64,000 bases of DNA from an uncultured Thiotrichaceae bacterium (GCA_964600755.1 CAZRKQ010000039.1:421-64420); one strand, 5' to 3'; shown: positions 10,623 through 20,147, counted from the stretch's first letter. Notes: generated by a model from the sequence alone, not told the origin. Made by a program: numbers and translations.

Positions 10623-11255
10623 TTACCAGTTGTAATCGGGCATGTCCCAGTTTTTTATGACCTTCTTCTGGTTGGCCTTGTACCAGTCGAAGTTTTCGAC
10701 GTAACGGTTGGCACCATCGCAACGGCCCTGCTTGATTTTCTTCTGCAGTTCCATGATACCGGCCACCAGCACTTCCGGTCGCGGCATGCAACCGGTGATG
10801 TAGAGGTCAACCGGAATATACTGGTCGAACTGGTTAATGGTGTTGTAGCTGTCGAAATACATGCCGCCGTTGACCGGGCATATGCCGAGCGCAATCACAA
10901 ACTTGGGTCCCTGCATCTGTTCATAACTGCGAATGATGCGTTTCAGGGTTTTGACCGAGGCATAGCCACCGATGACGAACACCGATGACTGCCGCGGCGT
11001 CGGCCGCCCGGCGACGCCGAAACGGTTGGCATCGAAGCGCGCCGTCATCAACGGTCGCAACTCGATGGCGCCGCAACCGGTACCAAAGGCCAGTACCCAC
11101 AATGAATTCGCGCGCGCCCAGTTGGCGAAATCTTCCACCGCCTTGATCGGGTATGGCTCGTAGGCTTTGGGCCGAGCGTTACTGAACAACTGCTGTTCTT
11201 CTGCGGTCAGCCCGGCATTTTCCAGGGTGTCTTCTGTACTCAGACTTTTAATCAT
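10623..11255 (-). CDS. NuoB / hydrogenase small-subunit-like protein (MbxJ-like), only 3 of 4 cluster cysteines
   Basis: 210 aa; motifs FGTGCGAIE (single Cys where NuoB has CC), LGICPVNGG, TGCMPRPE. Confidence 0.75.
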   Translation of the reverse strand: MIKSLSTEDTLENAGLTAEEQQLFSNARPKAYEPYPIKAVEDFANWARANSLWVLAFGTGCGAIELRPLMTARFDANRFGVAGRPTPRQSSVFVIGGYASVKTLKRIIRSYEQMQGPKFVIALGICPVNGGMYFDSYNTINQFDQYIPVDLYITGCMPRPEVLVAGIMELQKKIKQGRCDGANRYVENFDWYKANQKKVIKNWDMPDYNW

Positions 11256-11266
11256 CTCGGGCCCTC

Positions 11267-12193
11267 TCAGGAAGTCAGCACCATCTGTGCGTATACAATT
11301 GACATTATCCCGATTAGGGTCGGGATTTTAAAGAAGAATCGAATCGCCTGGTCAACGCGAAAACGCGGGAAGGCGACACCGATAACGATTGCGACCATGT
11401 AGATCAGCCAGGTCTTGATCATCAGTTCGACCCAGCCCGTGGCGCCGCCAAAGAACAGGTTCATAAACAGCACCAGCTTGGTCGCACCGAACAGGGCGCG
11501 GTTTGTCTGCAACAGCGACAAATAAGCGCTGTGGAACTCCGTTGGCGGGCCGATGGGGATTTCCTGTGGCGCAAGAAAAACGTCGAACGGCGAGTAGCCG
11601 GTCATGCCGAGCAGGGCCAGCATCGCGGCCAGTGTCGCGACCCAGTTGGTGAACACGGTCCAGTTTTCCCAGCCACCCTGTTGCGCGGCGACGATCTCGG
11701 TGATCGACAGGGTATCGTACTGGATCACGATGGATATCACCGCCAGTGCAAACGGCACTTCGTAGGCGGTCATTTGCGATAAGCCGCGCGCAATTCCGAT
11801 GGCCGCGTAGGGGTGACCGCTTTCACCGGCACCCAGTGCCATACCGAGCTGGCCGAAGAACATGAAGTAGATCACCAGGAACAGGTCGCCGGCCATGCTG
11901 AAATTGGAGAAGGTGTCACTGCCATAGATCACCGGTATGAAAGCCAGGGTGCCGATGCCACCGGCGATGCGGAATACGGGGCCGAGGTAGAACATGATGC
12001 CGTGGCTGACGGCGGTGCGCTTGAACAGGTTTTTCAGGATGTTGATGAACGGTTGCGAATAGGGGATGCCGATGCGGCCCTGAACCTTGGCGATAATCCG
12101 CTCGATGAACGCGCCCACCAGCAGGCCGTAGCCCGTTACAATCAGCAGCGTGAGCGAAAAGTTACCGACTTTACCCAGCCATTCGACGATCAC
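11267..12193 (-). CDS. NuoH / HycD / MbxM-like membrane subunit
   Basis: 308 aa polytopic membrane protein with NuoH-family conserved loop segments (GRIGIPYSQPF..., PFDVFLAPQE). Confidence 0.7.
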   Translation of the reverse strand: MIVEWLGKVGNFSLTLLIVTGYGLLVGAFIERIIAKVQGRIGIPYSQPFINILKNLFKRTAVSHGIMFYLGPVFRIAGGIGTLAFIPVIYGSDTFSNFSMAGDLFLVIYFMFFGQLGMALGAGESGHPYAAIGIARGLSQMTAYEVPFALAVISIVIQYDTLSITEIVAAQQGGWENWTVFTNWVATLAAMLALLGMTGYSPFDVFLAPQEIPIGPPTEFHSAYLSLLQTNRALFGATKLVLFMNLFFGGATGWVELMIKTWLIYMVAIVIGVAFPRFRVDQAIRFFFKIPTLIGIMSIVYAQMVLTS

Positions 12194-15100
12194 TATCCGA
12201 GCCCTCCATTCACCAGCACCATGGCAACAAAAAACATCAGGATGAACAACGCGTAGGTCTGGCCGTTACCGTTGTAGAAAATCCGCAGTGATGAAGCCAG
12301 CGTGTGGCTCCATTCGGCAGCGGCGTTCCAGAAGGCAGTGGCGCGTGGTTTTACCAGGAAGCCGATGGCACGATCGTAGTGGGCGAAGAAGTGATAGGCA
12401 TAATGCGTATCTTCCGGACGGTGCGGACGCTCGGCGGCATAAACGATGTTGAACTGTTCGACTTTCTGGATTTTCAGGGTCAGCGATATCAACAGCAATA
12501 AAATCAGCGGCACCATCCAGACGCCGCCGACTATGGCCATGATCATCGGCGCATTCCAGTAACCATACTGTGTCTGCAAGGCAAAGCCTTCCCATACGAG
12601 TGCACCACCGAGCCACGGCGCAACTGCAGCAGACAGTGGATCGAGCAGCAGTTTCGGGTAAGCCGAGATCACCATGATGGCGGCGATCATGACGAACTGC
12701 GGCGCCAGCAGAATGGCCGGTGCTTCGCGCAGCCTGGCGTGTTCGAGTTTGCGCTGACCGAGGAACACGGTCTGCAGCAGGCGGAACATATAAAGGAAAG
12801 CCACGGCGCTGGAAAAGAACGCGAGGGCGGCGATCCAGTACCAGCCTTTCTCCATCAGGGCATTGAACAGCATCCATTTACCGCCGAAGCCGGTTAGCGG
12901 CGGTACACCGGACATGGCAATAATCGCAATCATGGTGAACACGAAAGTAAACGGCATGTTCTTGATCAGGCCACCCATCCTGTACATCATGCGTTCGTTG
13001 GTACGCAGTATGATGCCGGCGATGCTGAGAAAGAGGATGCCTTTGAACAGAAAATGGTTGACGGTCATGTACAGCGCCGACACCCAGCCAAGGTGGCTCA
13101 TCAGTGCGATGCCGGTAACAATATAACCCAGTTGCCCCATGCTGGAGTAGGCGACCAGGCGCTTGATGTCTTCCTGGAACACGGCCATCAATGCACCAAA
13201 GGTAGCGGTAAGGATACCGATCCAGCCGAGCACGTAGGCCGGATCGAGGCCGATGTCTGAACGAATGCCAAGCTGTGCTGCAATTAGTATAAGCCCGAAG
13301 ATACCGGCCTTGCTGACCACGGCAGAGAGTATCGCGGTAAAGTCATCGTCGGCTTCGGCGTAAGCGGCGGGCAGCCAGACGTGCACGCCAAAGCCACCCA
13401 TCTTGATGACAAAGCCGGCCGCGAGCAGGCTGAAGACGAGGCCGATGGAATCACCGCTGTTGCCGAGGTCCGACAGCAGCAGGCTACCGCTTGCAGCATA
13501 GGCGACCGCAAAACCGGCGAGGATGAAGTACGCCGAAGCGAGTGAGAACAGCAGGTAATTGAGCGCAGGTTTAACGCCCTCACGTCCCAGCGTAACCAGC
13601 AGGTAGGAACTCAGTGTCATCAGTTCCCAGCTGAAGAAAAACTCAAGTGACGTCTTCGCGCGTAACAGCGCAGCGAGTGACAGCAGCAGTACCGCGAGCA
13701 AGGGATAAAATCCCTTGCGGTCACCAGTGCGGTACATTGAAGCAATACTTACCAACAGGCCGCCACCAACCAGTAGATAGCTGAACAGCTGGTTTAAACC
13801 CTCGAGATCATTCGTCAACCAGAGGCCGCCCATACCAACAAAGACCAGCATTGGCAGACCCTTGAGGCGTGCGCAAAGACTGTCGATCAGCCACAGCATC
13901 AAGCCAGCAAGCAGCGGCAGGAACATGCCCGGGATATCGATACTCATTGTCATTGCCATGCCAGAGCCGATAGCGAACAACAGCAATACTGCAATAGCGA
14001 CCGGGGCCTGTTGCCAGAAACTGACGGCTGCCTCAGTCTGTGTTTCAGCCGTGCTGCTTTCATCTTGATGGCGTGCATAGCTGAACCAGCGGAACAGGTA
14101 GGCGGCTTCCAGCAGCGAGCCGATCAGTATCACGGCGATCCAGCCGTACTGCCCGCCACCGGCCAGCAGCATGACCAGCTCCCATTTTGCCCAGAAACCC
14201 GGGAACGGCGGCAGGCCGATCAGCGCAGCCATCATGATGCCGAGCAACAACAACAGGCCGGGGCGCCCGGCGATCGCGGACCAGTCTTTTATGTTCGAAC
14301 GATCAACCATGCCTGCAAGCCAGAACAGCCCAGCCTTGGCCAGCAGGTGGTTGATGAATAAACCACCGACGACGAGAGCCAGTTGTGATGAGGCATCCAG
14401 CTGTTGCAGCAGCGCTATTGCCAGCGTGAGCAGGCCCATCTGGCCAATGGATGAATAACCGAGCAGGCGCCTGGCATTGTCCTGCTTCAGGCCGATGATG
14501 TTGGAAAACAGGAAGGTGGCACCACCGACCAGTGCAATACTGGTCAGGTAATCGCTCATTAACGGCAGCAGTTTATAAAGCGCGAAAAACACACCGGCTG
14601 AAACGCCGACGGATATCAGGGAAGCGATGCCAGTGGGCGCCGTTTCGTACACATCCAGGCCCCAGCCGTTGGCGGGGTATGGCTTGAGTTCGATCAGCAG
14701 GCTGGTGAGCACGAACAGGGTTGCGATCAAACCGATGGGCCCGGTGATCAGTTCACGCTGTGCAATGATGTCGTCGATGTTCAGCGTGCCCGTCTGATAG
14801 TAGATGAAGATGGTGCCGAGCAGGTAGAATGCCGTTGCAACCGAAGTTGCAATGATGTACTTGAAACCGGCGGCCAGGACATTACCGGTGCGCTCCATGC
14901 CGATAAGGGCATAGGTTGCGATCGAGGTGATCTCGATGAAGATGAACAGGTTAAACAGGTCGCGGGTCATTATCATGCCGTTGATACCCATCACCATAAT
15001 CAGGTAAAGCAGCAGCGCCGAGGCATGCTGTTTCAGTGAAGGCAGGAAGTGCCATGCTGCCAGCAATGCAACGGTGTTCACTGCCAGCACAAAGCCACCT

Positions 15101-15363
15101 TCGAACAGGCCGAAGCGCAGGTTGATCGAAAACGGTGGTGCGACACCGGCAGTTTCGATATCGATAGCCGGTGCGCCGTTGACGATGGTTAGCAGGTTAA
15201 GTGCCGCGATTGCCACCATGGCGGCAAGTGCCATAAGAAATACCAGGATAGCCGAGCCACGATGTGCGCGGTCGAACAGCGGTACCAGGAAACCTGCACC
15301 CAGAGCGATGACATAGATGCCCAGTGGATGCAGCAGCACGTCTGTCAGAAATGTATTTACCAT
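12193..15363 (-). CDS. Fused tandem MrpD/NuoN-like antiporter subunits (MbxH-H' equivalent in one polypeptide)
   Basis: ORF 12193..15378 (1061 aa); two separate NuoL/M/N-family cores each with the SS(I/M)GQ(M/L)G signature (LLGYSSIGQMGLL and LVAYSSMGQLGYI); start likely MVNTF at 15363. Confidence 0.7.
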   Translation of the reverse strand: MVNTFLTDVLLHPLGIYVIALGAGFLVPLFDRAHRGSAILVFLMALAAMVAIAALNLLTIVNGAPAIDIETAGVAPPFSINLRFGLFEGGFVLAVNTVALLAAWHFLPSLKQHASALLLYLIMVMGINGMIMTRDLFNLFIFIEITSIATYALIGMERTGNVLAAGFKYIIATSVATAFYLLGTIFIYYQTGTLNIDDIIAQRELITGPIGLIATLFVLTSLLIELKPYPANGWGLDVYETAPTGIASLISVGVSAGVFFALYKLLPLMSDYLTSIALVGGATFLFSNIIGLKQDNARRLLGYSSIGQMGLLTLAIALLQQLDASSQLALVVGGLFINHLLAKAGLFWLAGMVDRSNIKDWSAIAGRPGLLLLLGIMMAALIGLPPFPGFWAKWELVMLLAGGGQYGWIAVILIGSLLEAAYLFRWFSYARHQDESSTAETQTEAAVSFWQQAPVAIAVLLLFAIGSGMAMTMSIDIPGMFLPLLAGLMLWLIDSLCARLKGLPMLVFVGMGGLWLTNDLEGLNQLFSYLLVGGGLLVSIASMYRTGDRKGFYPLLAVLLLSLAALLRAKTSLEFFFSWELMTLSSYLLVTLGREGVKPALNYLLFSLASAYFILAGFAVAYAASGSLLLSDLGNSGDSIGLVFSLLAAGFVIKMGGFGVHVWLPAAYAEADDDFTAILSAVVSKAGIFGLILIAAQLGIRSDIGLDPAYVLGWIGILTATFGALMAVFQEDIKRLVAYSSMGQLGYIVTGIALMSHLGWVSALYMTVNHFLFKGILFLSIAGIILRTNERMMYRMGGLIKNMPFTFVFTMIAIIAMSGVPPLTGFGGKWMLFNALMEKGWYWIAALAFFSSAVAFLYMFRLLQTVFLGQRKLEHARLREAPAILLAPQFVMIAAIMVISAYPKLLLDPLSAAVAPWLGGALVWEGFALQTQYGYWNAPMIMAIVGGVWMVPLILLLLISLTLKIQKVEQFNIVYAAERPHRPEDTHYAYHFFAHYDRAIGFLVKPRATAFWNAAAEWSHTLASSLRIFYNGNGQTYALFILMFFVAMVLVNGGLG

Positions 15364-15737
15364 TTCGACTCCGTGCACTCGTCAATCATCAGGGTCTTGC
15401 GTGCTTTATATATGCGTACTGCATATGACAGCATTACCGCGGTAACGCCGAGACCGATCACGATAGCGGTCAGCACCAGTGCTGATGGCACCGGGTCGAC
15501 CACGCGGTTGGCGGCTTCGGCCATGGGCACAGCATCATTGATGATCGGTGCCGTGCCGCCGGTAACGTAACCGATGGAAACCATGACCATGTGGATGCCG
15601 GTATCTGTCAGTGAGAAGCCGATGATCATGCGGATCATGTTGCGCTGCGTGAGCATGCCCCACAGGCCGACCAGCACCAGGCCAAGGCCGCTGCAAAGCA
15701 CAATCAGGGAAATCGGCAGGTCCGCGAGCAAACTCAT
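15357..15737 (-). CDS. MrpC / NuoK-like small membrane subunit
   Basis: 126 aa; LTQRNMIRMIIGFSLTDTGIHMVMVSIGY matches MrpC/NuoK RN(L/M)I(K/R)..IG.E pattern; 3 TM helices. Confidence 0.6.
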   Translation of the reverse strand: MSLLADLPISLIVLCSGLGLVLVGLWGMLTQRNMIRMIIGFSLTDTGIHMVMVSIGYVTGGTAPIINDAVPMAEAANRVVDPVPSALVLTAIVIGLGVTAVMLSYAVRIYKARKTLMIDECTESKW

Positions 15738-16474
15738 AACGGTCCGGTGTCCTCCTTGCGGAAGCGGTCGAGTACGGCGCTGAGCTCGAAACCGACCTTG
15801 AGGCCGACGAAAATATAGATCAGGGGTATAGCACCGGCGCTGAACAACGAGCCATAGCTGCCGAGGCCCATGATACGGTTGTCGAGGAAGCCCCCGGCCA
15901 GGAGCACGCCGAGTACGCCGACAACGACATAGCTGAAACCCGACAGTGATTCGATGATGGCGATCATCGTGCGGCTGATGTGTGATTCGGGCAATGCCAG
16001 CAACAGGAACATGGTGCCGGATGCGATGATCGCGCCACCCTGGAAGCCACCCCCGGGTGACAGGTGGCCATTGAGGAACACGTAGACGCCGAACAGGATC
16101 ACCATCGGCAGCAGCAGTTCAGTCGCAGTCTCGACGATCTCGCTGGCCGGCTTGTGCACACCCGCGGTTTCTTCCGCGCGGTCGCCCTGTTCAAGGTCTT
16201 CATCATCTTGCTTGCGACGGGTGCGGCGCAGCAGCAGGCCGACACCAGCGGCGGATATGAACAGTACGGTGACTTCACCCAGGGTGTCGAGACCGCGGTA
16301 GGTTACGACCACGGCAGTAACCAGGTTAGGTGCACCGAGTTCCTGCGGGCCATTTGCAGCGTAGTAATGACCGAGTTTGGACAACTCCGTGTTCTCGACG
16401 TAGTTCGAGGCGAGGTTGAAAAACACCATCGCCATCAGAAACAGCATCAGGAAGATGAAGATGCGTTTGATCAT
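15734..16474 (-). CDS. MrpB / MnhB-like membrane subunit
   Basis: 246 aa; NLVTAVVVTYRGLDTLGEV hallmark of MnhB/MrpA C-terminal domain. Confidence 0.65.
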   Translation of the reverse strand: MIKRIFIFLMLFLMAMVFFNLASNYVENTELSKLGHYYAANGPQELGAPNLVTAVVVTYRGLDTLGEVTVLFISAAGVGLLLRRTRRKQDDEDLEQGDRAEETAGVHKPASEIVETATELLLPMVILFGVYVFLNGHLSPGGGFQGGAIIASGTMFLLLALPESHISRTMIAIIESLSGFSYVVVGVLGVLLAGGFLDNRIMGLGSYGSLFSAGAIPLIYIFVGLKVGFELSAVLDRFRKEDTGPL

Positions 16475-16824
16475 TCAGCCTGCTCCTTTGCCTTTTCATC
16501 CTCATTACCGAGCTGGTCGATCACGGTTGTTTCGGTTTCACGGGTGCCAATGGTATGCGCCGCGCGTGCCAGCGCGTGCGATGACACCGGGTTGGTCAGC
16601 ATCACGAAGAAGATCAGGATGATGAGTTTCAGCGTCCATGTCGGATGCAGGAAAGCAATACCGATGAGGATCATGATGGTGCCGAGCGTGGTGGCCTTGG
16701 TGCCGGTCTGGATGCGGTTATAGGTGTCCGGCATGCGCAGCACACCCAGACCGGCCGAGAACAGGAACAGCGCACCGATGAGCAGGAACAGGTTACCGAC
16801 GATGTCAGCATAAAAATCGAACAT
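16471..16824 (-). CDS. MrpG / MnhG-like subunit
   Basis: Internal start MFDFYADIVGN... of ORF 16471..17169; GVLRMPDTYNRIQTGTKATTLG matches MnhG RLPDxYTRLHAxTKxxTLG; upstream part of the long ORF overlaps the neighbouring gene and reads as low-complexity. Confidence 0.6.
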   Translation of the reverse strand: MFDFYADIVGNLFLLIGALFLFSAGLGVLRMPDTYNRIQTGTKATTLGTIMILIGIAFLHPTWTLKLIILIFFVMLTNPVSSHALARAAHTIGTRETETTVIDQLGNEDEKAKEQAE

Positions 16825-16829
16825 GCCGC

Positions 16830-17081
16830 TCAGTCCCCGCCCTGCGTTTTGCGTATCGCGTAAAGAAAAATCATCGTGGTCAAACCCGAGCCGATCGAGG
16901 CTTCGGTCATGGCCACATCCGGTGCTGCCAGTACCACGTAGACCACGGACGCAAACAGGCTGGCGAGCCCCGCGCTGATGACAGCACTGAGCATGTTGTT
17001 GATTGTTACCGCCAGCAACCCGCTGATGAGGATGCCGGCGCAGAGCACGATAGTCAGCAGTGTTATTACAGGTATGGACAT
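16830..17081 (-). CDS. DUF4040 (MbhD / MrpA C-terminal-domain-like) small membrane protein
   Basis: 83 aa; LAAPDVAMTEASIGSGL matches the APDVAxTEAAVGAG motif of DUF4040. Confidence 0.5.
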   Translation of the reverse strand: MSIPVITLLTIVLCAGILISGLLAVTINNMLSAVISAGLASLFASVVYVVLAAPDVAMTEASIGSGLTTMIFLYAIRKTQGGD

Positions 17082-17089
17082 GACGTGAA

Positions 17090-17365
17090 TCAGATACCTT
17101 TTTCCAGGTAGCGGGCAACAGCCAGCACGCCGAGGAAGCTGAGCAGGCCATAGACCAGTGCCACGTCAAGGTAGATGAAGCGTTCCGCCTGGTGCGCGAG
17201 CAAGGCTATCAGCGCGATAGTGACGATCGTCAGCAGGTCGATCGCGACCACGCGATCGACCGTATCGGGACCGATCACGAGGCGGACGATACCGAAGACG
17301 ATGCTGAAAAAAATCAGCAGCGCTGAAATGATGATGGTGATTTCAGTCATGCCGGCTTCAGCCAT
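17090..17365 (-). CDS. MrpF / MnhF-like subunit
   Basis: 91 aa; VIGPDTVDRVVAIDLLTIV matches MnhF GPxxxDR(V/I)xAxD motif. Confidence 0.6.
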   Translation of the reverse strand: MAEAGMTEITIIISALLIFFSIVFGIVRLVIGPDTVDRVVAIDLLTIVTIALIALLAHQAERFIYLDVALVYGLLSFLGVLAVARYLEKGI

Positions 17366-17888
17366 AGATCACCTTCAGCAGTTTTTCGAAGCGGGCGGAG
17401 ATCTCTTCAGTAGCCGCCACCGGGTCAGTCGCGCTGACATTGATCCAGTGGATGAACAGGGAATCGTCTTTTATATCAACCACCAGAGTGCCCGGCGTCA
17501 ATGTGATGGAGTTGGCCAGGGCCAGACGGCCGATAGGGGATTTCAGCCTGGTCTTGATCTCGACAATACCGGGCTCGATATCGATACGAGGCGAGAACAC
17601 CAGTCGCATCACGTTAAGGTTGGCTTTTGTCAGTTCGATGAAAAACACACCCAGGTACACCAGGTAGTAGAAGAGCACTTTCGGTGACCAGCGAATGACA
17701 CTGTAGACCCGGGCGAAGGAAGCGAAAGCCAGCGCGATGGCAGCCGAGATTACAATACCTGCTAACAATGTGTCGTATGCAAGCGTGCCGTTGGCGATTA
17801 CCCAGATGAGCATCAGCGTCAGCCAGAGGTTGAGGAACTGCAGTGTTATATTTGTTGTTTTTTGCATCGGCAGCGAGTCTACTCTCAT
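17358..17888 (-). CDS. MrpE / MnhE-like subunit
   Basis: 176 aa; C-terminal-half hallmark LANSITLTPGTL of MnhE family. Confidence 0.65.
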   Translation of the reverse strand: MRVDSLPMQKTTNITLQFLNLWLTLMLIWVIANGTLAYDTLLAGIVISAAIALAFASFARVYSVIRWSPKVLFYYLVYLGVFFIELTKANLNVMRLVFSPRIDIEPGIVEIKTRLKSPIGRLALANSITLTPGTLVVDIKDDSLFIHWINVSATDPVAATEEISARFEKLLKVIYG

Positions 17889-17943
17889 GGCAGATTAAAT
17901 GAAATAATCTGCAAGGCATCTATAGTGTAAACACGCCATATTG

Positions 17944-18288
17944 TTAGCCCATAACCAAGGTTTCTATGACTTTATTGACCTGCATCAAATATATTTCTGC
18001 CCGCAGGACGACTGCAGCCTGAACTGATTGGCCATGAACGCATATCCAGCTTGCACCACAATAAATCGTGATGGTCCAATCGAGTGCAGAAACGCATGTC
18101 ACTGCCATCAAAAAAGCCCTTTCAGTATCAAATACAAGACCTGTGCCAATTATTTCTGAACTGAAAAACCACGAGGCATCAGTTACAACTGATGTGAATA
18201 ACTCTCTATCACCAGGTGTCATATCTTTGTAACAATTGAACAATGACATCCTGTAATATTCAGGGACGAAAAAGTAAATAGCGATCAT
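17944..18288 (-). CDS. Hypothetical protein upstream of the Mrp-Nuo operon
   Basis: 114-aa ORF, lower GC, no recognisable motif; may be spurious. Confidence 0.25.
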   Translation of the reverse strand: MIAIYFFVPEYYRMSLFNCYKDMTPGDRELFTSVVTDASWFFSSEIIGTGLVFDTERAFLMAVTCVSALDWTITIYCGASWICVHGQSVQAAVVLRAEIYLMQVNKVIETLVMG

Positions 18289-18404
18289 AGCCGTCTTTTT
18301 CTGTTACTGGGTTCATCTTGAATAAAATAAGACTGAATGAAAATGGCGTCATCTTCTTAGAGAGTAACTCCTGCATAGCAATCAACAACTGAGAACTAGG
18401 AATA

Positions 18405-19856
18405 ATGGAAAAGGCAGATATTGGTTTGATTGGACTGGCGGTAATGGGGCAGAACCTGGTTCTGAACATGGCCGACCATGGTTATCGTGTTGCAGTGTTC
18501 AACCGTACCAGCAGCAAGGTGGATGAGTTTATCAACGGGCCGGCAAAAGATAAAAATATCATCGGTACGTACGACCTGGCAGAGCTGGTGGCTGCACTGG
18601 AGAAACCGCGTAAGGTCATGTTGATGGTCAAGGCGGGCGAGGTAGTTGACCGGTTCATTGATCTGCTGTTGCATTTGCTCGAGCCGGGCGATGTCATTAT
18701 CGATGGCGGTAACTCATACTACCCGGACACCACACGACGCACTGCCTACCTTAGAGAAAACGATTTACGCTTTATCGGTACCGGTATTTCCGGCGGCGAA
18801 GAGGGTGCACGCCATGGGCCATCCATAATGCCGGGCGGCGACCCCGAGGCATGGCCGCTGGTAAAGGATATCTTCCAGTCAATTGCCGCAAAAGTCGATG
18901 GCGAGCCTTGCTGCCAGTGGGTCGGGCAGGATGGTGCCGGCCATTTCGTGAAGATGGTGCATAACGGTATCGAATACGGTGACATGCAACTGATCTGTGA
19001 AGCCTATGCGTTGATGGAGCATGCCCTGGGCATGGATTGCGAGCGCATGCATGAGGTATTCAAGCAATGGAACGCCGGCGTGCTGGATTCGTACCTGATC
19101 GAAATCACCGCCGATATACTCGCCATGAAAGATGAGGATGGCGAGCCGCTGCTCAATAAAATACTCGATACGGCGGGGCAGAAGGGCACCGGCAAGTGGA
19201 CCGGCATCAATGCCCTCGACCTCGGTGTGCCGCTGACCCTGATTGGCGAGGCCGTGTTTGCGCGCGTGCTGTCATCGTTAAAAGATGAACGCGTCCACGC
19301 GTCCGCCATCCTCGGGCCGCGCCCGGACCCTGTAGTCTCAGGCAGCGAGGAAGACAACATCATGGCCTTGCATGATGCCCTGTATGCTTCGAAAGTCATT
19401 TCCTATGCGCAGGGTTTCATGCTCATGCGCGAAGCGGCAAGGGAACAGGGCTGGGACCTCAACTATGGAGAAATTGCGTTGATGTGGCGCGGCGGCTGCA
19501 TCATCCGCAGCGCCTTCCTCGGTAATATCAAGACCGCCTACGATACCAATCCGCAACTGGAAAACCTGGCACTGGACACGTTTTTTGTCGATGCGCTCAA
19601 AGCGGCAGAAGCTGGCTGGCGCAAAGCCGTGACGCTGGCTGTAGCGAATGGCATTCCAGCACCCGCATTTGCCTCAGCCTTGTCGTACTTTGACGGCTAC
19701 CGCAGTGAACGTCTGCCCGCAAACCTGCTACAGGCCCAGCGCGACTACTTTGGCGCACATACTTATGAACGCGTTGACCGACCACGCGGTGAATTTTTCC
19801 ATACCGACTGGACCGGCAGCGGCGGCAAGGTTGCATCAACAACATACGATGTGTAA
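18405..19856 (+). CDS. gnd: 6-phosphogluconate dehydrogenase, decarboxylating
   Basis: 483 aa; GLIGLAVMGQNLVLNMADHG NADP-binding N-terminus and full-length Gnd architecture. Confidence 0.9.
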   Translation: MEKADIGLIGLAVMGQNLVLNMADHGYRVAVFNRTSSKVDEFINGPAKDKNIIGTYDLAELVAALEKPRKVMLMVKAGEVVDRFIDLLLHLLEPGDVIIDGGNSYYPDTTRRTAYLRENDLRFIGTGISGGEEGARHGPSIMPGGDPEAWPLVKDIFQSIAAKVDGEPCCQWVGQDGAGHFVKMVHNGIEYGDMQLICEAYALMEHALGMDCERMHEVFKQWNAGVLDSYLIEITADILAMKDEDGEPLLNKILDTAGQKGTGKWTGINALDLGVPLTLIGEAVFARVLSSLKDERVHASAILGPRPDPVVSGSEEDNIMALHDALYASKVISYAQGFMLMREAAREQGWDLNYGEIALMWRGGCIIRSAFLGNIKTAYDTNPQLENLALDTFFVDALKAAEAGWRKAVTLAVANGIPAPAFASALSYFDGYRSERLPANLLQAQRDYFGAHTYERVDRPRGEFFHTDWTGSGGKVASTTYDV

Positions 19857-19898
19857 TGCGAAGGGCCTGCTGCCAGTAGCTGCCTGGAATTAAGGTTG

Positions 19899-20147
19899 TT
19901 TAACCGCAGAGGCGCGGAGAATTATTATTCTAATTTCAGGAGCGGCTTTAGCCGCGAATACCTTGCTGATAGTCTATCACGGGCACTGAAGATGCCATCA
20001 TTCTTTTAATATTTATTACATCGTTCGCGTTTTTCGTGGACACACATTCTTATTAAACTTCTGGCGCAGTAGCCAGAGTGTTCGCGACTCAAGTCGCTTC
20101 TACGTTTACCAGTAACCAACTCTGCGCCTCCGCGCCTCTGCGGTTAA
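19899..20147. repeat. MITE-like repeat, copy 3 (longest, ~249 bp)
   Basis: ttAACCGCAGAGGCGCGGAGA ... TCTGCGCCTCCGCGCCTCTGCGGTTaa flanking a unique core; immediately downstream of gnd. Confidence 0.6.

Noticed and set aside
9497-15570. Long antisense ORFs (for example 9497..10054 +, 12266..12877 -, 14011..14458 +, 15262..15570 +) within the Mrp-Nuo operon
   Set aside because: They are in high-GC coding regions with Arg/Ala/Gly-rich translations typical of wrong-frame reading, while the opposite-strand genes have clear family signatures.
16471-17169. Full 232-aa ORF as the MrpG-like gene
   Set aside because: The N-terminal 115 aa is low-complexity (Cys/His/Gln-rich) and overlaps the upstream DUF4040 gene. 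The internal Met (MFDFYADIVGN, start at 16824) gives a canonical ~117-aa MnhG.
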